A stretch of 64,000 nt of DNA from Actinomycetota bacterium (GTDB lineage Bacteria > Actinomycetota > JAHEXW01 > JAGVPG01): NCBI GenBank assembly GCA_020052375.1, contig JAGVPG010000009.1:30192-94191 (forward strand), in the 5' to 3' direction. The notes beneath the pieces were generated by a model that worked only from the letters and a program-made list of their open reading frames with translations, was not told where the DNA came from and did not search any database. Positions 16,445 through 26,485 of the stretch are shown piece by piece. Position 1 is the stretch's first letter; every line of letters begins with the position of its first letter. Made by a program: the position numbers and the translations under genes.

Positions 16445-18430
16445 TTATTGATGCGGTGTGCCCGGGTGATGAGGTGTTTCGAACACCTGTGACGCTTCCG
16501 CTCTCGCGTACTTGCCCGGCTTGTACTCGCTCAGGCCTAGCGCTGCCCGCTTCGCCTGGATATGGGCAAGCGCTTTCTCTACGATCTTTGCCGGGTCCGG
16601 TTCGAATTCGAGCTTGCCGCCCACTGTCTCTTCCCACCCTTTGGTCAAGATCTCTTCTACTTTGGCGCTGCCTTTTACCGGTGAGCCGACACCGAACAGT
16701 ACGTAAGCTCCTGAACCACAGCAGTACGAGGCGATCGCCAGGGCTTTCTCGCTCATCCATTCGGGTGCGATACCCACGGCCGGCAGATCGTCTATATCTT
16801 CTCCCAGGCCGCCTTCCTCTATGACCTCGGTAAGGATCGTCAGGATGCGCGAGTTGTCGACGCATGACCCGACATGGAGGACCGGCGGGATACCTACGGC
16901 TTCACATATCTCTCTTAAGCCGGGGCCCGCAAACTCCAATGCCTCCGGTATTAACAGGCCGTACTTGGCGTTCGCTATGGCGCCGCATCCGGTTTGAACC
17001 ACCAGCACATCGTTCTTGATAAGTTCTTTGACGACGTAGTTATGGCCTTCGTCCTGTGTCACTCTCGGATTGTTGCACCCGACGACGGCAGCTAGCCCGC
17101 GAAGGCGTCCGCTGATCACGGCATCGTTCAACGGTCTGAAGGTCGCTCGATACTGCCCGCCGAGCATGTATTTTATGTACTCATGCGAGAAACCGGCCAC
17201 AAGGTCGCTGTAACTCTTAGGTATGTGGGTTGTCTTTCTTTTAGGATAAGCGTCTATAGCTACCTGGATGATCTTCTTCGCGGATTCTATCGGAGCATGC
17301 TCGTCCAGCGGTATATACTCGGCGGCACTGATCTTAGCTTTTGGAGAAGTCGATATCAGTCTTGTGTGATAATGCGATGACACGTCAGCCAGCGCTTCGA
17401 AGATACATTGGACATCGACCACGAAGGCATCGACGGCGCCGGTCAGAATGGCTAGCTCCTGGTGAAGGAAGTTGCCGGCCGGCGGGATACCATGTCGCAT
17501 CAGGATCTCGTTCGACGTACAACATATACCGGCGAGGTTGATTCCTTTAGCCCCTTTGGCCTGCGCTTCTTTAATCATCTCGGGATCGGAAGCGGCGGCG
17601 ACGATGGCCTCGGATAAAAGCGGTTCGTGTCCGTGGACTACGACATTCACCTCGTCTTCTTTCAGTACCCCAAGGTTTACTTTTCCTGTTCTGCCTCGCG
17701 GCGTTCCAAACAGGATGTCCTGCATATCAGTGGCCAGCATCGAGCCGCCCCACCCGTTTCCAAGGGAGGTCTTAAGCGCGTGCAGGAGGATATGTTCCGG
17801 ATCCTGATCCACACCGATACTAGTCCTGTGCATCATCTCGACTACTTCGCGATCGATTCCGCGGGGCGTGATATCAAGGTTCTTCCACAGTTCCTGTCGT
17901 TTACCGGTGGCTCTGTCGATGTAGTCCAGTTGCCCTTCCTGTCTTCCGAAATTGGATAGGGCGATATTCGCGACATCCAGAGCTATCTCTTCTTTGGATC
18001 TACCTTCGGTCGATACATGGAGATATCCGGCGACGGCTTTCAGTTTATCTTCGTCTTTTATCTTATAACCTTTGACCTCACCCTTAGCGACTGCCCTAAG
18101 CATCAACGCCACGTCCCGGCCGTGGTCCGAATGGGCGGATGTACCCGCTGCTACAGCGCGGGCCAGATTCCTCGCGACAACCGTATCGACGGTCGCTCCG
18201 CATATGCCGCGGCTGCCTTCCTTTGTAAACCGGCACGGCCCCATAAAACAGTGTTTACAGCAACTGCCGCTCTGACCGATCGGGCAAGGCCTTATCTCGT
18301 CGACGCGCGAAAATGCTGTCGAGATACCCTCCGATTCCGCCACTTTCAGCATCTCGATCGCAGCCGGATCTATCGTCTTAGGATGGGTCTCTTTAGTCTT
18401 TTTTTCGTCGCTCATAGACTTGTCCTCCAT
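16445..18430 (-). CDS. cooS: anaerobic Ni-dependent carbon monoxide dehydrogenase catalytic subunit (copy 1)
   Basis: N-terminal GISTAFSRVDEIRPCPIGQSGSCCKHCFMGPCRF...GICGA (B/D-cluster Cys pattern); 661 aa; HGHEP and GSCVDNSRIL regions. Distinguished from hybrid cluster protein by length and N-terminus. Confidence 0.85.
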   Translation of the reverse strand: MEDKSMSDEKKTKETHPKTIDPAAIEMLKVAESEGISTAFSRVDEIRPCPIGQSGSCCKHCFMGPCRFTKEGSRGICGATVDTVVARNLARAVAAGTSAHSDHGRDVALMLRAVAKGEVKGYKIKDEDKLKAVAGYLHVSTEGRSKEEIALDVANIALSNFGRQEGQLDYIDRATGKRQELWKNLDITPRGIDREVVEMMHRTSIGVDQDPEHILLHALKTSLGNGWGGSMLATDMQDILFGTPRGRTGKVNLGVLKEDEVNVVVHGHEPLLSEAIVAAASDPEMIKEAQAKGAKGINLAGICCTSNEILMRHGIPPAGNFLHQELAILTGAVDAFVVDVQCIFEALADVSSHYHTRLISTSPKAKISAAEYIPLDEHAPIESAKKIIQVAIDAYPKRKTTHIPKSYSDLVAGFSHEYIKYMLGGQYRATFRPLNDAVISGRLRGLAAVVGCNNPRVTQDEGHNYVVKELIKNDVLVVQTGCGAIANAKYGLLIPEALEFAGPGLREICEAVGIPPVLHVGSCVDNSRILTILTEVIEEGGLGEDIDDLPAVGIAPEWMSEKALAIASYCCGSGAYVLFGVGSPVKGSAKVEEILTKGWEETVGGKLEFEPDPAKIVEKALAHIQAKRAALGLSEYKPGKYARAEASQVFETPHHPGTPHQ

Positions 18431-18590
18431 ATGGATAACTGATTATAGTGCGCCTTAATTAGGGGTTATCAAATAAGTATAGCATATGATTGTTAGTGCA
18501 AGAAATAGCAAGTAGTGAGCAGAACTTTTTCGTCATTGCGAGAGTCGGCGAAGCCGACTCGAAGCAAACTCATGCCCACGCTAAAAAGTG

Positions 18591-18610
18591 AGTGCTCGCA
18601 ACTTATAAAT
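18591..18610 (+). repeat. dispersed repeat family A motif CTAAAAAGTGAGTGCTCGCA
   Basis: Same 20-mer at 41765-41784; variant at 36817-36836. Confidence 0.6.
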
Positions 18611-18832
18611 TAGAAAAAGCCCGCCGGTTGTATCCACTCGAAAAGACGCGGTCGATTTCCCCAGCGTGGAAATCGCCGCTCGACTCTCGGCCTCGCTCGT
18701 CGCTAGCTCGGTGCTAAACGCACCTCGCTACCGACACCATGCCCGCTCGGCCTCCGAGACGCTTTTCTCGCGGATCAACCGTCGGACTTCATAATATTTA
18801 TGTCCATTCGCTCGCACGAAATATTAATGTAG

Positions 18833-18856
18833 CTGCCGACCTTCAGGTCGGCCTAT
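18833..18856. repeat. REP-like hairpin GCTGCCGACCTTCAGGTCGGCC
   Basis: Near-identical hairpin at 61313-61336 (GCAGCCGACCTTTAGGTCGGCC). Confidence 0.55.
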
Positions 18857-18884
18857 TAACTGTAAATCAGTCAGAATAATTGTT

Positions 18885-19976
18885 TTACTTTCCGATAAGG
18901 CTTTCGTAAAGTCTAACCATCTTTAGAAACTGCTTTATGTCTTTATCAGTTACTTCTCCATCCTTAAGTGACATCCCCGGCTCTTTCATATCAATATTAT
19001 TAATACCGCCCGCCAGGTTTGAAATCTTACGTGCCTCGTCAAGAATTTTGTTCTTACTCTCCTTAGAAATACCATTAACGGGATCGAGTTGGAATTTAAA
19101 GAACCCTACGCTATTAGTCCAAACTGTAAATGGAACAAACCGCTTTTCTTTAAAAAACATATAATAGCTAAAACTGTATTTATGCCATCCGATTTTGTCC
19201 CGCCTTTTTTGAGCTAGTTTAATTAGGTCTTCATAGATTTTCCAGGCACCAGGTTCGGCAACTCTTTTAAAGCTTTCAGGAGTAAGAATTTCTTTAGTTT
19301 CGTCTGTTCTTGGTGAGTAACCGAATAGTGAAGGTATGAACATCTGACGTCCATCATCAGCCGGAAACCTTTTCATCTGCAATACAAGGATCTCAAACTG
19401 ACTATGATTATTGACGAAGGTAACTGTGTTTCTCAAAGGATCGTTGATTTCATCGACGGCTACTATGAGCCTTATCCGGGCATCAGATAGATTTTTTGAG
19501 ACATTTTCTTTAAAGGCATCAAATGCTTTTTCTTTGTCATCTTCATTGTGAGAAATAGCATCATTAAAATAGTCGATAAGTGTTCTTGCTTTGGTTTTGA
19601 ACTTTCGGTCAGATCGTTTAAGATATTGCTCAACAGTGTATTCGATATCTTCGAAATTCATATCGTGAACATACGATGCATATTCAAGGACCTGTCCGAT
19701 GACCTCGCGTCTTACTTGCGGGTTCTTAGCCAGTTTAGTCTCCACAATAGTTATCAGACCAGAAGAGTCACAATACATTATGTCAATTGCTCCTGGAGGA
19801 ACTCCCACTTCCCAACCGATTGGATACAAAGGCAACGGATCATCTTCGATATCATGCAATGAAATAAGTTGAGGGTACTCTTCTAGCAGTTCTTGTAGTG
19901 TACGTTCATCCGTGTATTTTTTCCTTTTAATCAGTTTTGCTTTGCCATCCTCGACAATTAAAACATGATCAGACAT
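18885..19976 (-). CDS. PD-(D/E)XK nuclease-fold protein (restriction-endonuclease-like), standalone
   Basis: Motif ...DIMYCDSSGLITIVETKLAKNPQVRREVIGQVLEYASYV (D...E-T-K, QxxxY). Start set to the ATG at 19976, preceded by GGAGG; the ORF-track extension to 20126 is not supported. Visibly AT-rich. Confidence 0.55.
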   Translation of the reverse strand: MSDHVLIVEDGKAKLIKRKKYTDERTLQELLEEYPQLISLHDIEDDPLPLYPIGWEVGVPPGAIDIMYCDSSGLITIVETKLAKNPQVRREVIGQVLEYASYVHDMNFEDIEYTVEQYLKRSDRKFKTKARTLIDYFNDAISHNEDDKEKAFDAFKENVSKNLSDARIRLIVAVDEINDPLRNTVTFVNNHSQFEILVLQMKRFPADDGRQMFIPSLFGYSPRTDETKEILTPESFKRVAEPGAWKIYEDLIKLAQKRRDKIGWHKYSFSYYMFFKEKRFVPFTVWTNSVGFFKFQLDPVNGISKESKNKILDEARKISNLAGGINNIDMKEPGMSLKDGEVTDKDIKQFLKMVRLYESLIGK

Positions 19977-20333
19977 AAACGCCTCCAAATTGGATTTCAC
20001 AACAGATAGTGGAATTATCCCGCTGACCGTTAAAGAGGGCAAGATGAATTTTGTGAAAGCAAGAAACAACGCGGGAGGATATAGTTTTAAGAGCGACATA
20101 TAAATGACCTTAGGCTTTGCTAGCACTTTTCAAGCACGCGAGGACTGTTTGAGCGACGTATTCTATATTTAACTAGATTAAACCCGAGCGAGTTCCGCAG
20201 CGAGCTTAGAAAAGTGTGCAGCATAAGGCAAGGACAGTTATTCTGGAGCTTCTTAAAACAATATCCTCCCGTTTGCGCCTCTCTGTCAGCATTCACTTAT
20301 CTAACGAGCTATAATATATTTTGGGTGATATAT

Positions 20334-21287
20334 GTGGAGCTTAAAGAGGTTGCGAAAGAGACCAACCGGATAAACGATAATATTGAAAAGGTCATCAGGG
20401 GCAAGAGGCAGACGGTGGAACTGGCTGTGACCTCTTTTATCTGCGGCGGTCATATCCTGATCGAAGACATGCCGGGCGTCGGCAAGACCATGCTGGCCAA
20501 GGCGATCGCGCGAAGCATAAACGGCAGCTTCAAACGTATACAGTTTACACCCGACCTTCTGCCTTCCGATATAACGGGCACATCCATGTTCAACCAGAAG
20601 ACATCGGATTTCGCGTTCTCACCGGGGCCGGTCTTCGCGAATATCGTGCTCGCGGATGAGATAAACCGCACCACACCGAGGACACAGTCGGCGTTACTGG
20701 AAGCGATGGACGAACGCCAGGTCACGGTTGATGGCATAGCTCATATGCTACCCGAGCCTTTCTTCGTGATCGCGACACAGAATCCTATGGAATACCACGG
20801 TACTTACCCTCTTCCCGAAGGCCAGCTGGACCGGTTCATGATGTCTCTCGATCTCGGTTATCCCGACATCGAAGACGAAAAAGATATCATCAAGAGCCAG
20901 CAGATAACCCATCCTATCGACCAGATCGCTCCGGTCGCTTCGATAGAGAACATCTTACTGCTGCAGGACGCGGTACGACGTGTGTACATAGATGAGAGCT
21001 TAGTCGACTACACTGTCAGGCTAGTCACGGCGACCAGGGACGACAAGGACCTTGTCATGGGCGCCAGCCCGCGTGGAAGCCTGGCTATTATGCGGGCAAG
21101 CCAGGGAGTGGCGGCGGCCGCAGGAAGGGACTTCGTACTTCCCGATGATATTAAGAAAGTCGCAGTGGCAGCCTTGAAACACCGTGTATTTCCAAAACAG
21201 CAGCTCAGAATGGGAAAAACACCGGTAAAGGCGATCCTCACCAGGATCCTCGAAGAGATCCCGGTCCCTGTGGAGAAAAAGGTGTGA
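20334..21287 (+). CDS. MoxR-family AAA+ ATPase
   Basis: GHILIEDMPGVGKTMLAKAIARSI, LADEINRTTPRTQSALLEAMDE. Probable GTG start at 20334; the track ORF opens at 20214. Confidence 0.85.
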   Translation: MELKEVAKETNRINDNIEKVIRGKRQTVELAVTSFICGGHILIEDMPGVGKTMLAKAIARSINGSFKRIQFTPDLLPSDITGTSMFNQKTSDFAFSPGPVFANIVLADEINRTTPRTQSALLEAMDERQVTVDGIAHMLPEPFFVIATQNPMEYHGTYPLPEGQLDRFMMSLDLGYPDIEDEKDIIKSQQITHPIDQIAPVASIENILLLQDAVRRVYIDESLVDYTVRLVTATRDDKDLVMGASPRGSLAIMRASQGVAAAAGRDFVLPDDIKKVAVAALKHRVFPKQQLRMGKTPVKAILTRILEEIPVPVEKKV

Positions 21288-21295
21288 GTTAGCAT

Positions 21296-22501
21296 ATGAT
21301 AAACAGGGGAGTCGTCTTGATACTGTTCATGGCCGCTTCTCTTTTTCTGATCGCCATCAACGTCCAAGCGGGTTTCCTTTTTATAATATCCTCCGTGCTC
21401 ATCGCCATCCTTATCGTCTCATATGCGGTACCTATCATATCTTTAAGGTCGGTCAGGATAACACGTGTCCTGCCGGCCGAAGCGTTTGAATTCGAAGAGA
21501 TCCCGGTCGAACTTGCGGTAAAGAACACCGGGTGGTTACCGAGGTTCCTGCTCAGAATCGAAGACGAATTCTTAGGTGTCGGATCACACGTTGTCTCATG
21601 GCTTCCGCGGAATTCGACCCGTACGATCCACCACACGGTAAGACCGCAGCGACGTGGAATATATAAGAGTTCTCGTCTTAAACTAAGCTGCGGCGCGCCG
21701 TTCGGGATCGTCCACCGGAAAAAGGAGATAACGGCCGAGGTCGATCTTACCGTCTATCCGGTGTATGTAGACCTGCCTTCGTTTCCTGTTCTGGAGAGCC
21801 AATCCGTTCCCTTTGAAACGCTTCATGAGAGACGGGCCAAGGGCAGCGGTTATGACTATTTGGGGACACGCGAATATAGAGCGGGTGATAGCTTGAGGAT
21901 GGTGCATTGGAGGTCTTCCGCCAGGCGTGGTGAACTGGTCGTTAAGGAATACGAGGAAGAAGTGTCTTCTCCGGTTAATATCATAATCAGCCCGGCATTG
22001 ACAGACAAAAGTCATGGTGACGGAGGAAAGGAAGAGGATTGCGCAGTCAGGATAGCTGCTTCCATTGCGCGCTATGTATCACAAGTCGGTCACCCTTTAC
22101 AGTTGTTTGCCGCACAGACCACGGGCCTTACATATATAGTGAGACCCTCGTTCTGGCAGGTCCTGGGGTGGCTCGCGGACCTTGAGATCGATGTGTCCCG
22201 TCCGACGGGTTCTTTGATCAAAGAGGCCCTCCCGTATCTTAAGCCCAGGTCGACCCTGGTCATTATCTCACCGTCGACAGACCCGGAATGGCTCGATAAC
22301 TTACCTCAGATCCAGTCACAAAGGATCAGGCCGATATCCGTTCTACTCGACGAGCCGGACGCATATGAAGAAGCCGGGGCCGCGGCTACCGACGAGATGA
22401 TCGATGAGCTAAGGGCCGACAGGATCAACGTATACAGGTATAAGCTGGGAGACGATATACTGGAATGTTTGAGAAAGCCATTGAGTTATACAAAAGGATA
22501 A
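21296..22501 (+). CDS. DUF58 (MoxR-associated, VWA-like) protein
   Basis: Two N-terminal TM helices; YRAGDSLRMVHWRSSARRGELVVKEYEEE motif. Confidence 0.75.
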   Translation: MINRGVVLILFMAASLFLIAINVQAGFLFIISSVLIAILIVSYAVPIISLRSVRITRVLPAEAFEFEEIPVELAVKNTGWLPRFLLRIEDEFLGVGSHVVSWLPRNSTRTIHHTVRPQRRGIYKSSRLKLSCGAPFGIVHRKKEITAEVDLTVYPVYVDLPSFPVLESQSVPFETLHERRAKGSGYDYLGTREYRAGDSLRMVHWRSSARRGELVVKEYEEEVSSPVNIIISPALTDKSHGDGGKEEDCAVRIAASIARYVSQVGHPLQLFAAQTTGLTYIVRPSFWQVLGWLADLEIDVSRPTGSLIKEALPYLKPRSTLVIISPSTDPEWLDNLPQIQSQRIRPISVLLDEPDAYEEAGAAATDEMIDELRADRINVYRYKLGDDILECLRKPLSYTKG

Positions 22502-24657
22502 ACCTTAGGGGCAAACCGGAGGAGTCGATCCCCTTAAGGGTAGCTGTTTTGGCCGCAGTCTTGATAAGCGCCTGGGCGGTCATCGCGCAGAGGTTGTTCT
22601 CACCGCTCACAGACTTTGGCGTTATAGCCGGCATACTCGTCGGATACGTCGTAAGCTATTTACGCAGGGATAAACTCAACTTTGTTCTTCAGACGCTACT
22701 GTCATTAGGGCTCTTAGCTTTCACCGCATTGTTTCTATATGAGGTGTCGGCCATGCCGTACGATACGCGGATCCCTCTGGCGAAGCTTTTCCTATGGGTC
22801 CAGGTATTGCATAGCTTCGATCTTCCCCGCCGCCGCGATCTCCAGTTCTCACTGGTCAGTTCGCTTATCTTGATCAGTGTCGCCGGCATAATGGCCTTCG
22901 ACATGTTCTTTCTTGTATATCTTGGGATCTACGCAATATTGGCGTTAGTGTGTCTATTTCTATTCCACATCCGCGAGTATGACATGAAGGTACGAGAGCT
23001 AAAGATACCCGTTTTATCAGCGGGAAAGATCATCCTGGGCTTATTGTTATCATTATCCGTCTTGTCCGGCTTTCTATTCGCGGCTATACCGCGATTTTCC
23101 GGCATGCGGGTCCAGGCCCTTCCGTTCTCCCTTACCCGGGCACTAGCAGGTACATTCGGAGGCGCGGTCGAAAATCCTGTTTATCCTTCCATAGCTGGAA
23201 GGTTACCGTACAGTCCCTTGAAGTACTCGGAAGACGCATACCCTGGATTCGCATCGGCGCTTGACTTAAGGACCCGCGGACGTTTATCGGATAAGGTCAT
23301 GATGAGGGTCAAAGTCACCCAACCGGTCTATCACAGAGCCCTGGTGTTCGATACGTATACGGGCAAAGGATGGGAGAGGTCTTCGCGTAAGACACAAACC
23401 GCAAGCGCTAAAGGACGGCCACCGATAACCCTGCCGATCAAGGATGTCGAGAACTCCATCGGAGCGCGCGAAGTCATATCGTCCTACTACATCGAGGTAA
23501 AGCACCCGAACATCATCTTTGCTCCGTACCAACCGGCTCTGCTTTATTTTCCGGCGAATGTCGTATGGATCGACGGTAATTCGGCTTTGACAAGCGCTTT
23601 TGCTTTGGACTCCGATGTCGTTTATAGCGTAGTATCGCGCGTGGATACGCCCAGGCCGCCATCGTTACGCTTGGCCCGCTCCGAAACACCGGCATCGGTC
23701 CTAAAGCAGAACACCCGGCTGCCGGACATCCCTGATCGGGTAAGAAAGCTTAGTCTGGAAGTCACAAAGGGACAGGACAACAACTACGACAAAGCAATCG
23801 CGATCATGAAATATCTTGAAGATGATTATCGATATGACGTGGATCTTCCTCCCCAGGCGAAAAGCGACGACGCGGTGGATTTCTTCTTGTTCAAGGCGAA
23901 GAAAGGAGCTTGTGACCAGTTTTCCAGTGCGTTCACCGTCATAGCCAGAGCGAACGGTATCCCGGCGCGTCTCGTCTCAGGATATACGACAGGCATTTAC
24001 AACCCGTTCACCGGTTACTATGAGGTCCGCGCCCAGGACGCGCATTCATGGGCGGAAGTCTATTTTCCGAACAACGGATGGGTCGCTTTCGATCCTACTC
24101 CCGGTACCGAGTTTCCATCGACAAGACCGGCCGGCGGCACGTTCATGCTGGTCTCTCTGGGCGATTATCTTAAAGAACGTCTTGGAGGGCGGTTCGATCT
24201 CATCAAGGCATCATTAGACAGCGCTGATCGCATACTCGTTTCGATGCTGCGGTCGATGACGAACGCGTTGATCATATACGGGTATGCCATCATAGCAGTC
24301 CCGATCGTATGTCTGCTTTTTCTTGTCATATATATTTGGTCCTTTACGAGGTCTAAAAAGGTCGCGGAACAACACGCTCTTGAACCTGCGGGAAAGGGAC
24401 CCAGGTCATTAATGATCGCGTATTTTCAAAAGATGATAGAGGCCTTCTCAGAGATGGGCGTTAAAAGACGGACGTCTCAGACTCCGTCCGAATATCTGGC
24501 TGTCCTTTTGAAGCGCTTTGACCTACCCGAGATCGGGGTGATCGGTACGGGATTCGAAGAGGCGTTCTACAGCGACCATCCCGTTGGAGAATCGACAGTC
24601 AAAGAGGCGCGGGTGGCGCTGGACCGGATTCTTAAATCTATTGAAAACATGAAGTAA
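22465..24657 (+). CDS. transglutaminase-like membrane protein (multi-TM N-terminus plus Cys-His-Asp transglutaminase core)
   Basis: KKGACDQFSSAFTVIARANGIPARLVSGYT...DAHSWAEVYF...FDPT. Confidence 0.8.
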   Translation: MFEKAIELYKRINLRGKPEESIPLRVAVLAAVLISAWAVIAQRLFSPLTDFGVIAGILVGYVVSYLRRDKLNFVLQTLLSLGLLAFTALFLYEVSAMPYDTRIPLAKLFLWVQVLHSFDLPRRRDLQFSLVSSLILISVAGIMAFDMFFLVYLGIYAILALVCLFLFHIREYDMKVRELKIPVLSAGKIILGLLLSLSVLSGFLFAAIPRFSGMRVQALPFSLTRALAGTFGGAVENPVYPSIAGRLPYSPLKYSEDAYPGFASALDLRTRGRLSDKVMMRVKVTQPVYHRALVFDTYTGKGWERSSRKTQTASAKGRPPITLPIKDVENSIGAREVISSYYIEVKHPNIIFAPYQPALLYFPANVVWIDGNSALTSAFALDSDVVYSVVSRVDTPRPPSLRLARSETPASVLKQNTRLPDIPDRVRKLSLEVTKGQDNNYDKAIAIMKYLEDDYRYDVDLPPQAKSDDAVDFFLFKAKKGACDQFSSAFTVIARANGIPARLVSGYTTGIYNPFTGYYEVRAQDAHSWAEVYFPNNGWVAFDPTPGTEFPSTRPAGGTFMLVSLGDYLKERLGGRFDLIKASLDSADRILVSMLRSMTNALIIYGYAIIAVPIVCLLFLVIYIWSFTRSKKVAEQHALEPAGKGPRSLMIAYFQKMIEAFSEMGVKRRTSQTPSEYLAVLLKRFDLPEIGVIGTGFEEAFYSDHPVGESTVKEARVALDRILKSIENMK

Positions 24658-24707
24658 CTAATGATAGACTAAAATGCCTCGAAGCAGGGTTTCATAAGGA
24701 GTTTTAT

Positions 24708-25553
24708 ATGCAAACAGACAAGCTAAAGAATCTCATCCCGGTTATCGCGATATTTGTAGTGGTTACGGTCACCATTTTTACAGTGGGCAAGGCTAACCTT
24801 TTCTGGCCCTTGTTCTATATACCGGTTTTCATAGCCGCGCTTACTTTTTTTGAAGCCGGCGGGCTTCTGACAAGCATTTTGGCGACGATCATCATATTCA
24901 CCGCGCTTTATGTGAGACCGCCTGTGGAAGGAGCGGATTTCTACGAGCTTTTATTCGAGTTTTCCGCGGCAGGCATAGTCATGATAGGTACGGGGCTTTT
25001 TGTAGGCTGGATGGCAAGAAGGCAACAGAAGAAGCTCTCTTACTATAGGGATACGAGCATGATCGACAAGTTGACGGCATGCCACAACTACGGATATTTC
25101 TGGGAGAGGTTGGAGGAAGAGAGAAAGCGGGCCGACAGGTTCGGCAGCCGCGTCGCTCTCATGATGGTCGACATCGATAAGTTCAAAGACTTCAACGACC
25201 GCTTTGGTCATGCGACAGGTAATCTTATGCTCCAGAAGATGGCGCGGTTGGTCGACGAATCGGTACGGGATGTCGATATCGTATGCCGGTACGGCAGTGA
25301 AGAGTTTGTCGTGATCCTTCCCAATACGGAACAGGAAGCCGAGCGTGTAGCGGAGCGCGTGAGGACATCAATAGAAAAAGCCGGCTTTGAAGGAGATAAA
25401 GACGACCCTGTCGTAAAAGGTACGGTCAGCGTCGGCGTAGCTATATATCCGACACACTGTGAAAACGAGATGGAACTGATAGACAAAGCCGACCTAGCGT
25501 TAGCCAAAGCAAAGAAAGAAGGCCGCAACAAGGTCGTCGTATATGAACCCTAA
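24708..25553 (+). CDS. membrane-anchored diguanylate cyclase (GGDEF)
   Basis: 3-4 TM helices, then RYGSEEFVVILPNT and DRFGHATGN. Confidence 0.85.
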   Translation: MQTDKLKNLIPVIAIFVVVTVTIFTVGKANLFWPLFYIPVFIAALTFFEAGGLLTSILATIIIFTALYVRPPVEGADFYELLFEFSAAGIVMIGTGLFVGWMARRQQKKLSYYRDTSMIDKLTACHNYGYFWERLEEERKRADRFGSRVALMMVDIDKFKDFNDRFGHATGNLMLQKMARLVDESVRDVDIVCRYGSEEFVVILPNTEQEAERVAERVRTSIEKAGFEGDKDDPVVKGTVSVGVAIYPTHCENEMELIDKADLALAKAKKEGRNKVVVYEP

Positions 25554-26454
25554 GTCCGTCATTGCCTGTGACATAGGCGGGACGAAGACACTCACCGCCC
25601 TCATCGACATCGAGGGCAAGATCTTATTCAAGGAAAGACACCCAACTCCTAAACAATCTGCTGAACAGATCGTCGAGCTGGTCTCGGCTAGGATTTCAAA
25701 GCTTCCGGGATCGCAGGGAATCGACAAGCGGTCCATACTCGGTGTAGGCATCGGGGTTGCGGGTACGGTCGATATGGAAAACGGACTGGTTGTATCGTCA
25801 CCTCACCTTCCATTCAAAAACACGCCGTTAAAACAGATGATAGGCGACTCTTTAAAACTACCTGTGTTAATCGATAACGATGCTACACTGGCGGCGCTCG
25901 GCGAGCAGAAGTTCGGGATCGCGAAAGGCATACATAATATGGTGATGATGACGATCGGGACGGGGATAGGCGGCGGGATCATCATAAAAGGTGAAATATA
26001 TAGAGGAACGACAGGCGGAGCAGGCGAGATCGGGCATATGGTGATCGACGTGAACGGACCGGAGGACGACTGCGGAGCGCGGGGCTGTCTCGAAGCACTG
26101 GCTTCCGGTGACGCGATCGGCGAAATGGCCGGCGGTATATCCGGAGAACAAGTGGCGCAAAGCGCCGGTAAAGGAGACCAAAACGCTCTGCGGGTCCTTA
26201 AGCGAGCGGGTAAGTCTCTCGGCGCCGGTTTGGCTAATCTCGTTAACATCTTCGACCCCGAGATGATCGTCCTCGGCGGAGGCGTGATGATAGACGACAA
26301 GATCATCATTGAGGAAGCAAAGAGAGTAGTTGCAGAAACAGCTCTCAAGCCGAACAGAGACACAGTGCGGATCGTTATTTCAGAACTGGGTGAGGACGCG
26401 GGCCTTTTAGGTGCAGCGGCTCTTGTGATTGAAAAAGTGAACGGTGAACGGTGA
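25543..26454 (+). CDS. ROK family sugar kinase/regulator (glucokinase-like)
   Basis: ACDIGGTKTLTALID, GIGVAGTVD, and ROK Cys motifs CGARGCLEALAS. Confidence 0.8.
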   Translation: MNPKSVIACDIGGTKTLTALIDIEGKILFKERHPTPKQSAEQIVELVSARISKLPGSQGIDKRSILGVGIGVAGTVDMENGLVVSSPHLPFKNTPLKQMIGDSLKLPVLIDNDATLAALGEQKFGIAKGIHNMVMMTIGTGIGGGIIIKGEIYRGTTGGAGEIGHMVIDVNGPEDDCGARGCLEALASGDAIGEMAGGISGEQVAQSAGKGDQNALRVLKRAGKSLGAGLANLVNIFDPEMIVLGGGVMIDDKIIIEEAKRVVAETALKPNRDTVRIVISELGEDAGLLGAAALVIEKVNGER

Positions 26455-26464
26455 ACGGTGAACA
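26437..26464 (+). repeat. heptanucleotide tandem repeat (GTGAACG)x3 plus GTGAACA spanning the ROK stop codon
   Basis: Read directly: GTGAACGGTGAACGGTGAACGGTGAACA. Confidence 0.8.
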
Positions 26465-26485
26465 GGGGAATAGCGGTGATAATGA

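Noticed and set aside
16410-16865. 151-aa Arg-rich ORF overlapping the cooS-1 3' end (same strand, other frame) and plus-strand ORFs 16456-16824
   Set aside because: Embedded in cooS coding sequence; composition artefacts.
16445-18430. Possibility that this is a hybrid cluster protein (Hcp) rather than CooS, given the adjacent DUF1858 gene
   Set aside because: The length (661 aa) and the N-terminal C-x7-CC-x2-C-x4-C...GICGA pattern after an EGISTAFSR segment fit CooS. Hcp is ~550 aa and starts with a CxxC-x7-C cubane motif at residue ~3.
19977-20126. N-terminal 50 codons of the nuclease ORF as given in the track
   Set aside because: The internal ATG at 19976 has a GGAGG SD. The upstream extension is hydrophobic and low-complexity, with no start signal.
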